Positions 26,970-38,850 of a stretch of DNA of 64,000 nucleotides are shown in pieces. The DNA is taken from NCBI GenBank assembly GCA_964016885.1, contig OZ024740.1, positions 280,178,001-280,242,000 of the forward strand. Reading direction: 5' to 3'. The position numbers and the translations under genes are program-made. Each line of letters opens with the position of its first letter. Position 1 is the first letter of the stretch. Source of the DNA: Eledone cirrhosa. Its lineage: Eukaryota. The notes under the pieces are model-generated. The model saw only the letters and a program-made list of their open reading frames with translations, made no database searches and was not told the origin of the DNA.

Positions 26970-27168
26970 GGCTGGTGGATCGCAGTCATTGGTATCAAAC
27001 AATATGCTTTACGGTAAGTAGCTACAGTCCTATACGTTCTGAATTCATATCCCACCGAGGTTAGCTTTGCCTTTCATCATTATGGGGCCGATATAATAAA
27101 GTACTAGTAATGCAGTGAGGTTGATTTAATCGTCCAAAATTGCTGGCCTTGTGCCTAAATCAGAAACC
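26970..27168 (+). mobile_element. SINE family A (older copy)
   Basis: Conserved gcctttcatc..gat..aataaagtac domain. Confidence 0.8.
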
Positions 27169-27169
27169 A

Positions 27170-27368
27170 TCTATCTATATATCACTAAGAGTCTGTGATT
27201 GCTTGCTTGCTTGCTTGTCTGTAATGTATTACAGCCAAAAGGGCGCATAATGGCAAAATACTTTGAAAGGAAGTTGACCCTGAAATGGGAATACAAATGG
27301 AATAAAACAAGTTTCGCGTAAATTGAAGCATGGGTTCCCGAGATATGGGGTTTTCTGGGTACCTTCAT

Positions 27369-27411
<43 letters not shown>

Positions 27412-27523
27412 TAGATAGAGAGAGAGAGATAGTGGTTGTGAGAGAGAGAGAGAGAGAGAGAGATAGTGGTTGTGAGAGAGTAGATTGAAAGAGAGACATA
27501 GAAAGGGGGAGACAGCGAAGGAG

Positions 27524-27571
<48 letters not shown>

Positions 27572-27690
27572 AGAGAGAGAGAGAGAGAGAGATGGTGGTG
27601 TTGTGTATATATCTATATGTGAGTGTGTGTGTATATATATATATATGTGTGTGTGTGTGTCTATGACCAGTGTATATAGATCACAGACAC

Positions 27691-27737
<47 letters not shown>

Positions 27738-27919
27738 TACACATATATATATATATGTATACACACACACACACACATTTATATATATACATACACACAC
27801 GTATATATATATATGGGCCCTCCAGTTTCATTTCACATTATATACATGTCTGTGTAGATTTTAATTATTTAAAAATTATTTTTAAGTGAACATGACCCAA
27901 CGGGTCACGGTGATCTAAT
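27170..27919 (+). mobile_element. Non-autonomous Helitron-like element with internal (GA)n/(TA)n expansions
   Basis: 5' A|TCTATCTATATAT; 3' hairpin tgacccaacgggtca followed by ctaa (degenerate CTAG). Confidence 0.55.
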
Positions 27920-28403
27920 TATTATTATTATTTGAAAACTTATGGGCGGTGGATTGGCAGTATTGGTAGATTGTCGGACTGCATGCTTTGTGGCATGTAG
28001 TTGTGTCCCTTTACATTCTTAGTCCAAATCCCACTAAGGTTAGCTTTACCTTTTATCATTACAGGTTCAATCAAATAAAGTAATAGTAAATGCACTTTTC
28101 ATTGAGATGTCCAAGTATATTTATGACAAATAACTTTCTGTTTGATATTTGCTACTCCTTAATTGTTGAGTTGATACATGGATATTATGGGTGCTATTTC
28201 TAGCGTCACTCTGACCCTGTCATATTGTCCTGATATACAGATATTCATTTAGTAGTCGAATGACACGTGTTATTGAACACACTATGATGTTTCAATAAGG
28301 ACAAGGTCTGTATACTATCTATTGAATAATTTTTTCTACTTTTAAAGAATTCCTCTGATGACGTAATTTCTTCCAATATTGGTTGTTTTGATTTATTAGG
28401 ATA

Positions 28404-28728
28404 ACTAGCGCAGAAAAACTACCCTCCGGGAGGTTTTCTGCTAGCATGTGTAGTATGTATATTGATATTATATGCAAGTATATATGCATGTAGATATGAT
28501 ACATCAAATAATATCGTAATTGACAATATACACAGAAATTGAACAAGGACTGCGTTACACTCTCTTATGTAATCAGTAATGTAATCCATGATACATTAAA
28601 AAAAGACAAGATGAATTATGTAATATTGATTCATTATTTATTCAAAGTAATCCAACTTATTTTACTAAGGGGATAAAAAATTATAAACCATACATAGTCC
28701 CGCACTCCTTACTTTATTATAGTTTAGA
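28404..28728 (-). mobile_element. Non-autonomous Helitron-like element (same family as 56478-57217)
   Basis: Minus strand starts A|TCTAAACTATAATAAAG and ends with hairpin gcagaaaa..ttttctgc then CTAG|T. Confidence 0.7.
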
Positions 28729-28846
28729 TAAATATTGTTTCATAATTCTAGAAACTGCAGTTAGGGAGACAATACAAGTGGCACTTTTTAATATTAGTTT
28801 GTCTAGATTGTATTCCCCCAATGTAGATTTGCCATTGAACGATGTT

Positions 28847-28882
<36 letters not shown>

Positions 28883-28885
<3 letters not shown>

Positions 28886-29137
28886 CTCAGACCAGGTGAT
28901 GTGTTGTTTCCTTGAGCAAGACACTTTATTTCACATTGCTCCAGTTTACTCAGCTGAGAAGATAGGGACTGGGGTCTATATCATTCCACTGCAAAGTGGT
29001 TGTGGTGGTGCCATGGCAAAAAAGCACCCAGCACTCACTGTAAATGAGGTTGGTGTTAGGAAAGGCATCCAGCTGTAGAAATCAAGCTAGAATCAGTTAC
29101 CGTCCCACTCTTGCAAGCAGGGAAAAGTGGATGTAAA
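28883..29137 (+). mobile_element. SINE family B, 5'-truncated
   Basis: Matches 26654-26918. Confidence 0.88.
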
Positions 29138-29319
29138 CTCCCCATTTGTATTTATCCCCTTCTTTTGTGCCCTTGTGGCTAATAAAGAAATTTATATATT
29201 AGATATGCATATATATTTATGTATATAGGTGCAGTTTCGGTTACACACTCTATATTTATACAGATACAGCTCTATCATACACTTCAGCTGATAGCACACT
29301 TCTTATTATATATCTTAAG

Positions 29320-30136
29320 TACCAACAGGACCACATTCGATGTGTTAGTCGCCCATTTTCCTCGGCCTTTGCTTGACCCAGGACTGCAGCTCGGTCAGCG
29401 AGATGAGTCGTGGGAAGGCTCGCCTCACGAACGGGGCACACACCGGTTGTCTGGTGAGGAATACGTGGAGGTGCCGCGGCCTAGGCGCGTGTTTGGGCAT
29501 CCCCAGCCCTCAGTTGGAAGGGTGTTGGCAGCAGATGGATCTTTTCACCAAAGGAGCCCGTTTCTTCCGAAGGAATTGGAAGAGCACGCGCGTGCTCCAG
29601 TTTGGTGAGCGTTTTGGCTGGACAAGGCACAACGGTCAAGCGGTAGTAGATGACGGATGCTATAAAAGTGTTCGCCACCTCCGCTCGACCTTTCAAGGAT
29701 AGTTTGCACTCGGCCCACTTCTGGGTGAGCGCAAACACCTTGGCCGTCACCTTGTTCCAGTTATTCTCCACTTGGAGGTCTGGACCAAACCAGACCCCAA
29801 GCAGCTTTACCGGTCCTTCCGTCCAGTGTCCGACGACGCCATCGGAAGGCATCGGTTTGCTCTCCACATTCCGAGTTGCAAACCAACGGATTTGTCCCGG
29901 TTCAGCTTCGCTCCTATGAACTTTTCGTATTCCTCCAGTAAGGTGCCGACCTCTCCGATTTGCGAGGTGCTCGACACTATTACTGTGACGTCGTCGGCGT
30001 AGGCCGACGCCGCTTTTCGCAGTCCCGGTTCCAAAGGGATGCCCTGCAATAGCTCCAACTTCCGCAGTAGTGGCTCGAGTGTCAGTACGTACAGAAGGGA
30101 GGAGAGAGGGCATCCCTGTCGGATGGATTGCTTGAA
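29320..30136 (-). mobile_element. Tx1/L1-clade LINE RT fragment
   Basis: SIRQGCPLSSLLYVLTLEPLL, AYADDVT, LSLKGRAEVAN; locally GC-rich. Confidence 0.9.
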
Positions 30137-30302
30137 ATGCATATCTAATATATAGGCATGTAAACATACCAGAAAATACAAATTTCCCTGAAAATTGAAA
30201 AAAATGATAAAAATCTTTAATCCATTTTTAGAACTTATTGAACCCTCATCAGAAAACATGTATATTAACCAATCAACTGAAAATTGATCACATAGGTCCT
30301 TA

Positions 30303-30642
30303 TCACCATCATCATCATCATCGTTTAACGTCCACTTTTCACACTAACATGGGTTAGACAGGTTGTCCTATTTGAGGCAAGTTGCTCATATAGAACTGTT
30401 TCTGGCTAGATTTCTACAGCTGGGTGCCCTTCCTAACACCAACTACATTTACATTGTGGGCTGGGTGCTTTTTGTCATGACTCCTACATGACCACTTTAC
30501 AGTGTGGACTGGGTGCTTTTTGGCATGACATCAACGCGACCACTTTACAGTGTGGGCTGGGTGCTTTTTGTCATGACTCCTACAGGACCACTTTACAGTG
30601 TGGACTGGGTGCTTTTTGTCCTACAGGACCACTTTACAGTGG
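30303..30642 (-). mobile_element. SINE B / RTE 3' portion with about five 40 bp units
   Basis: (CAT)n tail, cccttcctaacaccaac, short array. Confidence 0.85.
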
Positions 30643-31244
30643 TCTTCTATTTTGGGATAAAATCCATTCAACAAAAGATTAATAGAAGAAACAAGTTTGG
30701 AGCTGTATAGTTTTTGTAGTTCTTAAGCTGCCATTTTTGAAAATTTCAGTTTCTCATAATGTTAAAATACATGATAGACAGATCACCCCTTAGATCGGAT
30801 GGTATCTTATCATAACTAATTTTCTAAGATGGCTTTATAATTATATCTCACAGTTATGTGAACTGAGTAATGTAGAACGGGCAGTGAATTGGCTGAGTCA
30901 TTAGAATGTCGGATAGAATGCTTTTCTGAATTTGTTCTGGCTTTCTACTCTCTGAGTTCAAATCTCACCAAGGTCAGCTTTACCTTTCATCCTTGCAAGG
31001 TTGATAAAAAGTACCAGTCTGGTACTCGGGTCGATTCTTCCTTCATATTTCTCTTTCTCACTTTCTTTCTCCCACTTTCTATCCTTCTCTGGAAAAAATA
31101 GGCTGTGCTCAGACATGAAGAGGAGATGGGCTCTGCCAGGTTAAAAATAACCAAGAAACGCTGTGTTACTATGGTGGCCCTACGAATCCATTAGGTTTCA
31201 TCGGTTCATACATACAATGTAGAACTAAGTATTCCACCTATAGT

Positions 31245-31450
31245 CATCATCATCATCTCCATCACTGTTTTGCATCTATTTTCCATGCTTGAATGGGTTA
31301 AACAGGTTGTCATGTTTTAAGGCAAGACAGGCAAGTTTGACAACTCTGTCTTGCTCATATGTTTCATTTTAGCATTGTTTTTGCAGCTGGATTCTCTTCC
31401 TAATACCAACCACCTAATCGCACGTACTGGGTTTGTCTTCTCATGGCACT
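31245..31450 (-). mobile_element. SINE B / RTE 3' terminus hosting array 2
   Basis: (CAT)n, ttttccatgcttg, cagctggat.ctcttcctaataccaaccac. Confidence 0.75.
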
Positions 31451-32980
31451 ACCACTCCCACTTTACAGTGCGGGCTGGATGCATTTTATTGCGGAACAAG
31501 CACTACCACTTTACAGTGTGAGCTGGATGCATTTTATTGTGGTACAAGCACTACCACTTTACAGTGTGGGCTGGGTGCATTTTATTGTGGTACAAGCACT
31601 ACCACTTTACAGTGTGGGCTAGGTGCATTTTATTGTGGTACAGGCACTACCACTTTACAGTGTGGGCTGGGTGCATTTTATTGTGGTACAAGCACTACCA
31701 CTTTACAGTGTGGGCTGGGTGCATTTTATTGTGGTACAAGCACTACCACTTTACAGTGTGGGCTTGGTGCATTTTATTGTGGTACAAGCACTACCACTTT
31801 ACAGTGTGGGCTTGGTGCATTTTATTGTGGTACAAGCACTACCACTTTACAGTGTGGGCTGGGTGCATTTTATTGTGGTACAAGCACTACCACTTTACAG
31901 TGTGGGCTGGGTGCATTTTATTGTGGTACAAGCACTACCACTTTACAGTGTGGGCTTGGTGCATTTTATTGTGGTACAAGCACTACCACTTTACAGTGTG
32001 GGCTTGGTGCATTTTATTGTGGTACAAGCACTACCACTTTACAGTGTGGGCTGGGTACATTTTATTGTGGTACAAGCACTACCACTTTACAGTGTGGGCT
32101 TGGTGCATTTTATTGTGGTACAAGCACTACCACTTTACAGTGTGGGCTGGGTGCATTTTATTGTGGTACAAGCACTACCACTTTACAGTGTGGGCTGGGT
32201 GCATTTTATTGTGGTACAAGCACTACCACTTTACAGTGTGGGCTGGGTGCATTTTATTGTGGTACAAGCACTACCACTTTACAGTGTGGGCTGGGTGCAT
32301 TTTATTGTGGTACAAGCACTACCACTTTACAGTGTGGGCTTGGTGCATTTTATTGTGGTACAAGCACTACCACTTTACAGTGTGGGCTGGGTGCATTTTA
32401 TTGTGGTACAAGCACTACCACTTTACAGTGTGGGCTTGGTGCATTTTATTGTGGTACAAGCACTACCACTTTACAGTGTGGGCTTGGTGCATTTTATTGT
32501 GGTACAAGCACTACCACTTTACAGTGTGGGCTGGGTACATTTTATTGTGGTACAAGCACTACCACTTTACAGTGTGGGCTTGGTGCATTTTATTGTGGTA
32601 CAAGCACTACCACTTTACAGTGTGGGCTGGGTGCATTTTATTGTGGTACAAGCACTACCACTTTACAGTGTGGGCTGGGTGCATTTTATTGTGGTACAAG
32701 CACTACCACTTTACAGTGTGGGCTGGGTGCATTTTATTGTGGTACAAGCACTACCACTTTACAGTGTGGGCTGGGTGCATTTTATTGTGGTACAAGCACT
32801 ACCACTTTACAGTGTGGGCTTGGTGCATTTTATTGTGGTACAAGCACTACCACTTTACAGTGTGGGCTTGGTGCATTTTATTGTAACATCAACACTTCCA
32901 TTTTTACAGGATGGGCTGAGTGTATTTTAGCATGGCACCAGCACTACCATTTAACAGTTTTGGCTGGGTGCATTTCATCA
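31451..32980. repeat. 40 bp minisatellite array 2
   Basis: Unit ccactttacagtgtgggctKggtgcattttattgtggtacaagcacta; highly homogeneous. Confidence 0.97.
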
Positions 32981-32985
32981 TGGAC

Positions 32986-33545
32986 CATAGCATCTAGAAT
33001 AAGGACAGTATGGAAGAAGTTTAGGGAGCTGCTTCTTCTGTAGACAATGAAGGGTTTCTCCCTATGAATGAAAGATCAGTTGTATGATGCTTGCGTGAGA
33101 TGTGCGATGCTGCATGGTAGTGAGACTTGGGCAGTTACTGCGGAGGATATGCGAAGGCTGGAGAGAAATGAAGCAAGCATGCTGCGATGGATGTGCAATG
33201 TCAATGTGCGTGAACGACCAAGCATAGGCAAGTTGAGAGTGAAACTGTATAAGATGGATAAACTGTAGTATGTGGGAGAGAAGACTGCGTTGGTATAGCC
33301 ATGTGATGTACATGGAAGATGACCGCTGGGTGAAGAAGTGCCAAGAAATCCTGGTGGAAGGAAGACGCAGTAGAGGAAGACCATGAAAAACATGGGTGGA
33401 GGTGGTGAGAACTGACCTCAGATTGCTGAAGCTTACAGAGGAAATGATGAGGGACTGTGAGAAATGGAGAGATGCTGTGCTGAAGAGGATCCTTCCCACC
33501 CTTGCAAGCAAGGAAAAGCGGACGTAAAATGATGACGCTGATGAA
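32986..33545 (+). mobile_element. RTE LINE 3' fragment
   Basis: [39 protein letters not shown]; native tail. Confidence 0.9.
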
Positions 33546-33615
33546 GATTAACATTTCCACTTTCCTGTGTAGGCTGAGTGCATTTTAGCATGGAAGCAGT
33601 TCAACTATATTTCAA

Positions 33616-33666
<51 letters not shown>

Positions 33667-33667
33667 C

Positions 33668-33709
<42 letters not shown>

Positions 33710-34039
33710 TCATATGTCTTTAACTTATAACTGTTTAGTGCATCCCCAAACATTGCATTTCTGCAGTCAGTAAGAATTTCCTTGGTTGCTGTATTTGTTT
33801 TTCTTTTCTGGAGGTGTTTGCTTGGGATGTTATTGCTGTTATTGAGTGACAACATTATTTTCGATTCTAAACCCCGCCCAACCCCCCAACCCCCCTCTAG
33901 AAGAAAATAAGAAATCAAACAACATCATTATCCTCGTCACCGCTGTTTAATGTTCAGGTTCCCATGCTGCATGAGTTAAACAAGCCAGGTCAGATGACTA
34001 TATTTTGCTCACACAGGGCTGATTTTAGCTTGCCCTTTC

Positions 34040-36420
34040 TAACGCCAACCACTTTACAGTGCGTACTGGGTGCTTTTGTTGTGTCACCTACACAACCACT
34101 TTACAGTGTGTACTGACCGTTTTTGTTGTGTCACCTACACCACCACTTTACAGTGTGTACTGGGTGCTTTTTGTTGTGTCAACTACACCACCACTTTACA
34201 GTGTGTACTGGGTGCTTTTTGTTGTGTCAACTACACCACCACTTTACAGTGTGGACTGGGTGCTTTTTGTTGTGTCAACTACACCACCACTTTACAGTGT
34301 GTACTGGGTGCTTTTTGTTGTGTCACTTACACCACCACTTTACAGTGTGGACTGGGTGCTTTTTGTTGTGTCAACTACACCACCACTTTACAGTGTGTAC
34401 TGGGTGCTTTTTGTTGTGTCAACTACACCATCACTTTACAGTGTGTACTGGGTGCTTTTTGTTGTGTCAACTACACCACCACTTTACAGTGTGTACTGGG
34501 TGCTTTTTGTTGTGTCAACTACACCACCACTTTACAGTGTGGACTGGGTGCTTTTTGTTGTGTCAACTACACCACCACTTTACAGTGTGTACTGGGTGCT
34601 TTTTGTTGTGTCAACTACACCACCACTTTACAGTGTGTACTGGGTGCTTTTTGTTGTGTCAACTATACCACCACTTTACAGTGAGGACTGGGTGCTTTTT
34701 GTTGTGTCAACTATACCACCACTTTACAGTGTGTACTGGGTGCTTTTTGTTGTGTCAACTACACCACCACTTTACAGTGTGTACTGGGTGCTTTTTGTTG
34801 TGTCAACTACACCACCACTTTACAGTGTGGACTGGGTGCTTTTTGTTGTGTCAACTACACCACCACTTTACAGTGTGTACTGGGTGCTTTTTGTTGTGTC
34901 ACCTACACCACCACTTTACAGTGTGGACTGGGTGCTTTTTGTTGTGTCAACTATACCACCACTTTACAGTGTGTACTGGGTGCTTTTTGTTGTGTCAACT
35001 ACACCACCACTTTACAGTGTGTACTGGGTGCTTTTTGTTGTGTCAACTATACCACCACTTTACAGTGTGTACTGGGTGCTTTTTGTTGTGTCAACTACAC
35101 CATCACTTTACAGTGTGTACTGGGTGCTTTTTGTTGTGTCAACTATACCACCACTTTACAGTGTGTACTGGGTGCTTTTTGTTGTGTCAACTACACCACC
35201 ACTTTGCAGTGTAGACTGGGTGCTTTTTGTTGTGTCAACTACACCACCACTTTGCAGTGTGGACTGGGTGCTTTTTGTTGTGTCAACTACACCACCACTT
35301 TGCAGTGTGGACTGGGTGCTTTTTGTTGTGTCAACTACACCACCACTTTGCAGTGTGGACTGGGTGCTTTTTGTTGTGTCAACTACACCATCACTTTACA
35401 GTGTGTACTGGGTGCTTTTTGTTGTGTCACCTACACCACCACTTTACAGTGTGGACTGGGCACATTTTGTTGTGTCACCTACACCATCACTTTACAGTGT
35501 GTACTGGGTGCTTTTTGTTGTGTCACCTACACCACCACTTTACAGTGTGGACTGGGCACATTTTGTTGTGTCAACTACACCACCACTTTACAGTGTTGAC
35601 TGGGTGCTTTTTGTTGTGTCAACTACACCACCACTTTACAGTGTGTACTGGGTGCTTTTTATTGTGTCACCTACACCATCACTTTACAGTGTGGACTGGG
35701 CGCTTTTTGTTGTGTCAAATACACCACCACTTCTGGGTGCTTTATGTTGTGTCACCTACACGACCAATTTACAGTGTGGACCGGGCGCTTTTCGTTGTGT
35801 CACCTACACCACCACTTCTGGGTGCTTTTTGTTGTGTCAACTACACTACCACTTTACAGTGTTGACTGGGCACTTTTTGTTGTGTCACTTATACCACCAC
35901 TTTACAGTGAGGACTGGGCACATTTTGTTGTGTCACCTATACCACCACTTTACAGTGTTGACTGGGTGCTTTTTGTTGTGTCAACTACACCAGCACTTTG
36001 CAGTGTGGACTGGGCACATTTTTGTTGTGTCAACTACACCACCACTTTACAGTGTGAACTGGGCACTTTTTGTTGTGTCACCTACACCACCACTTTACAG
36101 TGTGGACTGGGCACATTTTTGTTGTGTCAACTGCACGATCACTTTACAGTGTGGACTGGATGCTTTTTGTTGTGTCACCTACATCACCACTTTATAGTGT
36201 TGACTGGGTGTTTTTTGTTGTGTCAACTACACCAGCACTTTACAGTTTGGACTGGGCACATTTTTGTTGTGTCAACTGCACGATCACTTTACAGTGTGAA
36301 CTGGGCGCTTTTTGTTGTGTCACCTACGCCACCACTTTACAGTGTGGACTGGGTCTTTTTGTTGTCACCTACACCAGCACTTTACAGTGTTGACTGGGTG
36401 CTTTTTGTTGTGGCACCAAA
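34040..36420. repeat. 40 bp minisatellite array 3, inside a SINE B/RTE tail that starts at about 33930
   Basis: Unit ccactttacagtgtgKactgggtgctttttgttgtgtcaactacacca; degenerates distally. Confidence 0.97.
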
Positions 36421-37194
36421 ACGAAAATTAATGTCTTTTTGTAATATCTTATTCGCCAGAGTTTAATAAAATAGAAATCTAACGGAAAAAAAAACAAAAA
36501 AAAACAATTCTAAAAATTTAGGATGTTTTAGGGGTGAATGTGTATTGCATCACTTTACTATATATTTTTCAGATATTAATTATGTAAATAGCAAAAACAC
36601 TGACTGGATTGTTACGAATGAAAGGCTATGGAGCTATTTCTTTTTATAGTGGGTCATTGAAATGCAAGTAACATTTTCAAAAGTAAGAAAAAAGTGTATC
36701 CCCATTACAAATTCTATTAATCGTCCGGGGGAATGCTTTTGCCGTCTTGTCGGAGGGGCGCAGCACTCCTGCCTCTTTGCCCTAGGCCCAAAACCCAATC
36801 ACCCCCCTCATCCACCTCTCTTCTGTCTGCGACACCAGAGCTCTTGCCATCCCCTCCCTTTCCCGTTTTTTTTCTTCTTTCTTCCTCTTTTTTTTTTTTT
36901 AACTATATTTCCTTATTCTTTCTTTCCTTTTGTTTTCCTTTTTTTTCTAGTTTTTCTTACTAAATAAGGTTTGTTTTTTGCTTTTGAATAAATCCGTTCC
37001 CTACTCACTTAAAAAAAAAATATAAATTGATACATGACTAAAAAAAAAGGAGTAACTGGCCATAAACTAACTTCTTTATTTCCCGGGTAACCCCGGGTAG
37101 CCGTCGAATTTATAGACTAAATCTGTTTATAATTCAGAAGTTATGCGTCATGCTGTTTTGTGTTTCCACTCTTAACAACGCCTATGTTTGTACT

Positions 37195-37310
37195 GGCAAC
37201 CGTTACCATGACAACAGCGCTAATGCAAACTGTTCTAATTCCGATGTTGTTTACAAGTATTTCAAAAACGCCTCCGCAATTAACGACGTAAAAACGGTTC
37301 CTGTTTACTG
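37195..37310. promoter_or_regulatory. Candidate RFX X-box plus forkhead motif cluster
   Basis: GTTACCATGACAAC at 37202-37215; TGTTTAC at 37248-37254 and 37302-37308; non-repetitive, CpG-retaining context. Confidence 0.5.
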
Positions 37311-37736
37311 ATTCCATATTTCTGATACCATAGAAGACATTAAAAAAAATGGAACTTCCATGTGGTCACGAGGAGTGCTAGAAACAGCAGCCACATCTCT
37401 CTCTCCCTCTCTGTGTCTTAAAGGAAGTAAATATTAGACAATGTAGTCTTTGATACACCAAAGAACGGTATGGTCACAGTTGGAATGCTTCAGATCATAG
37501 GTATGCCTAATCATGCCTAACCTGGACTAAAAAAAACCGAGAAACAACACAAGACGTAATATAGTATTTGGTATAGTTTCTTCACATTCAGTTTTTCAAA
37601 CATTAAATAAAATAAAATGAGGTTATGAATGGTGATATTAATATAAGGTTATCAGTATTTATTGCCATTCTCCTTCATATGTTTTGATCAACCGAACAGC
37701 AACTTCTGATTTACTGAAGTGGTGTTTCTAGGTTAC

Positions 37737-37776
37737 AAGATGATAACCGTGGAAAGATCAATATGCCATTTAAATG

Positions 37777-37816
<40 letters not shown>

Positions 37817-37853
37817 CATTTAAATGGCATATTGATCTTTCCACGGTTATCAT

Positions 37854-37856
<3 letters not shown>
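37737..37856. repeat. Perfect palindrome centred on (AT)n
   Basis: aagatgataaccgtggaaagatcaatatgccatttaaatgtt, then (at)n, then its exact reverse complement. Confidence 0.95.
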
Positions 37857-37892
<36 letters not shown>

Positions 37893-38280
37893 CCTATGAA
37901 AACATGGCGTGCTGCGTGGTTGCAAATGGGTTACATATGAATAAATTTAGTCCTTCATCAGTGATCTCCCAGCCTTCATTGGTATTTCATCGCTTTAAAG
38001 ACCATATACCTCTGGTTGGTGCGAGCAACGGCTAAATAAAGTCGTTGGGACACGTACATAGGGGGAACGAGCGAGACAGTAAACAAACAAAGATGGTAAT
38101 GCAACGAAAAGTGAGGAAGAAGGAGTCAAGTCCCTGAAATCGATGAACATAAGTTTTGTGAAATCGTGGACGAGAGAGAATAAAGACCACCCAACCTGGT
38201 CGAAATGTGAGTAAGGAAAGAATTTCGCACAGGTCAAACGGGAGGATATATATATATATATATATATATATCATCATCAT

Positions 38281-38645
38281 CTAGAGCGCGTAAAATTCCC
38301 GAGATCCATGGACGAGTTCTCTCCAGCGGTCTCTGTCCCTCATTATCGCTGCCATGTCCTGCGTCTCCAACAGACCAGTGTCTGTCCTTAGGGCATCAAC
38401 ATACGTTAACCTTGGTCTTCCTCTTCCAGTGTGTCCATGTAGGGGCTCCCACAGGAGCACTGAGTGCAATGTCAACTCTGGATGTCGGTGAGCATGTCCA
38501 GCTAACCTCAATCTCCTCTGTGTCACTTTTGAGCTGACTTTTGGGAGGCTCCCATACAGCTCTGAGTTTTTCATCCTCAGTGTATACTGATTAATTTTCA
38601 GAGCCATCCTCAGCATTCTCGTGTAGCACCCATCCACCATCTGAG
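38281..38645 (-). mobile_element. RTE-like LINE 3' fragment
   Basis: Open frame RRLRLAGHAHRH..LLWEP..GRGRP; (GAT)n tail. Confidence 0.85.
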
Positions 38646-38657
38646 TATGTATGTATG

Positions 38658-38691
<34 letters not shown>

Positions 38692-38850
38692 GGGGGAACG
38701 AGCGAGACAGTAAACAAACAAAGATGGTAATGCAACGAAAAGTGAGGAAGAAGGAGTCAAGTCCCTGAAATCGATGAACATAAGTTTTGTGAAATCGTGG
38801 ACGAGAGAGAATAAAGACCATCCAACCTGGTCGAAATGTGAGTAAGGAAA

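Noticed and set aside
30225-30260. Minus-strand CTGATGA as a hammerhead
   Set aside because: No GAAA box or consistent stems follow.
1311-36420. The 39-40 bp arrays as CRISPR arrays
   Set aside because: There are no unique spacers within an array and no cas genes, and the context is eukaryotic. The units derive from a retroelement.
31433-36466. Long ORFs (536, 712 aa and others) as repetitive proteins
   Set aside because: They are open in multiple frames only because the unit lacks stops on that strand, and they end where the array ends.
37081-37110. cccggg..cccggg hairpin as a Helitron 3' end
   Set aside because: There is no CTAG terminus and no identifiable 5' end.
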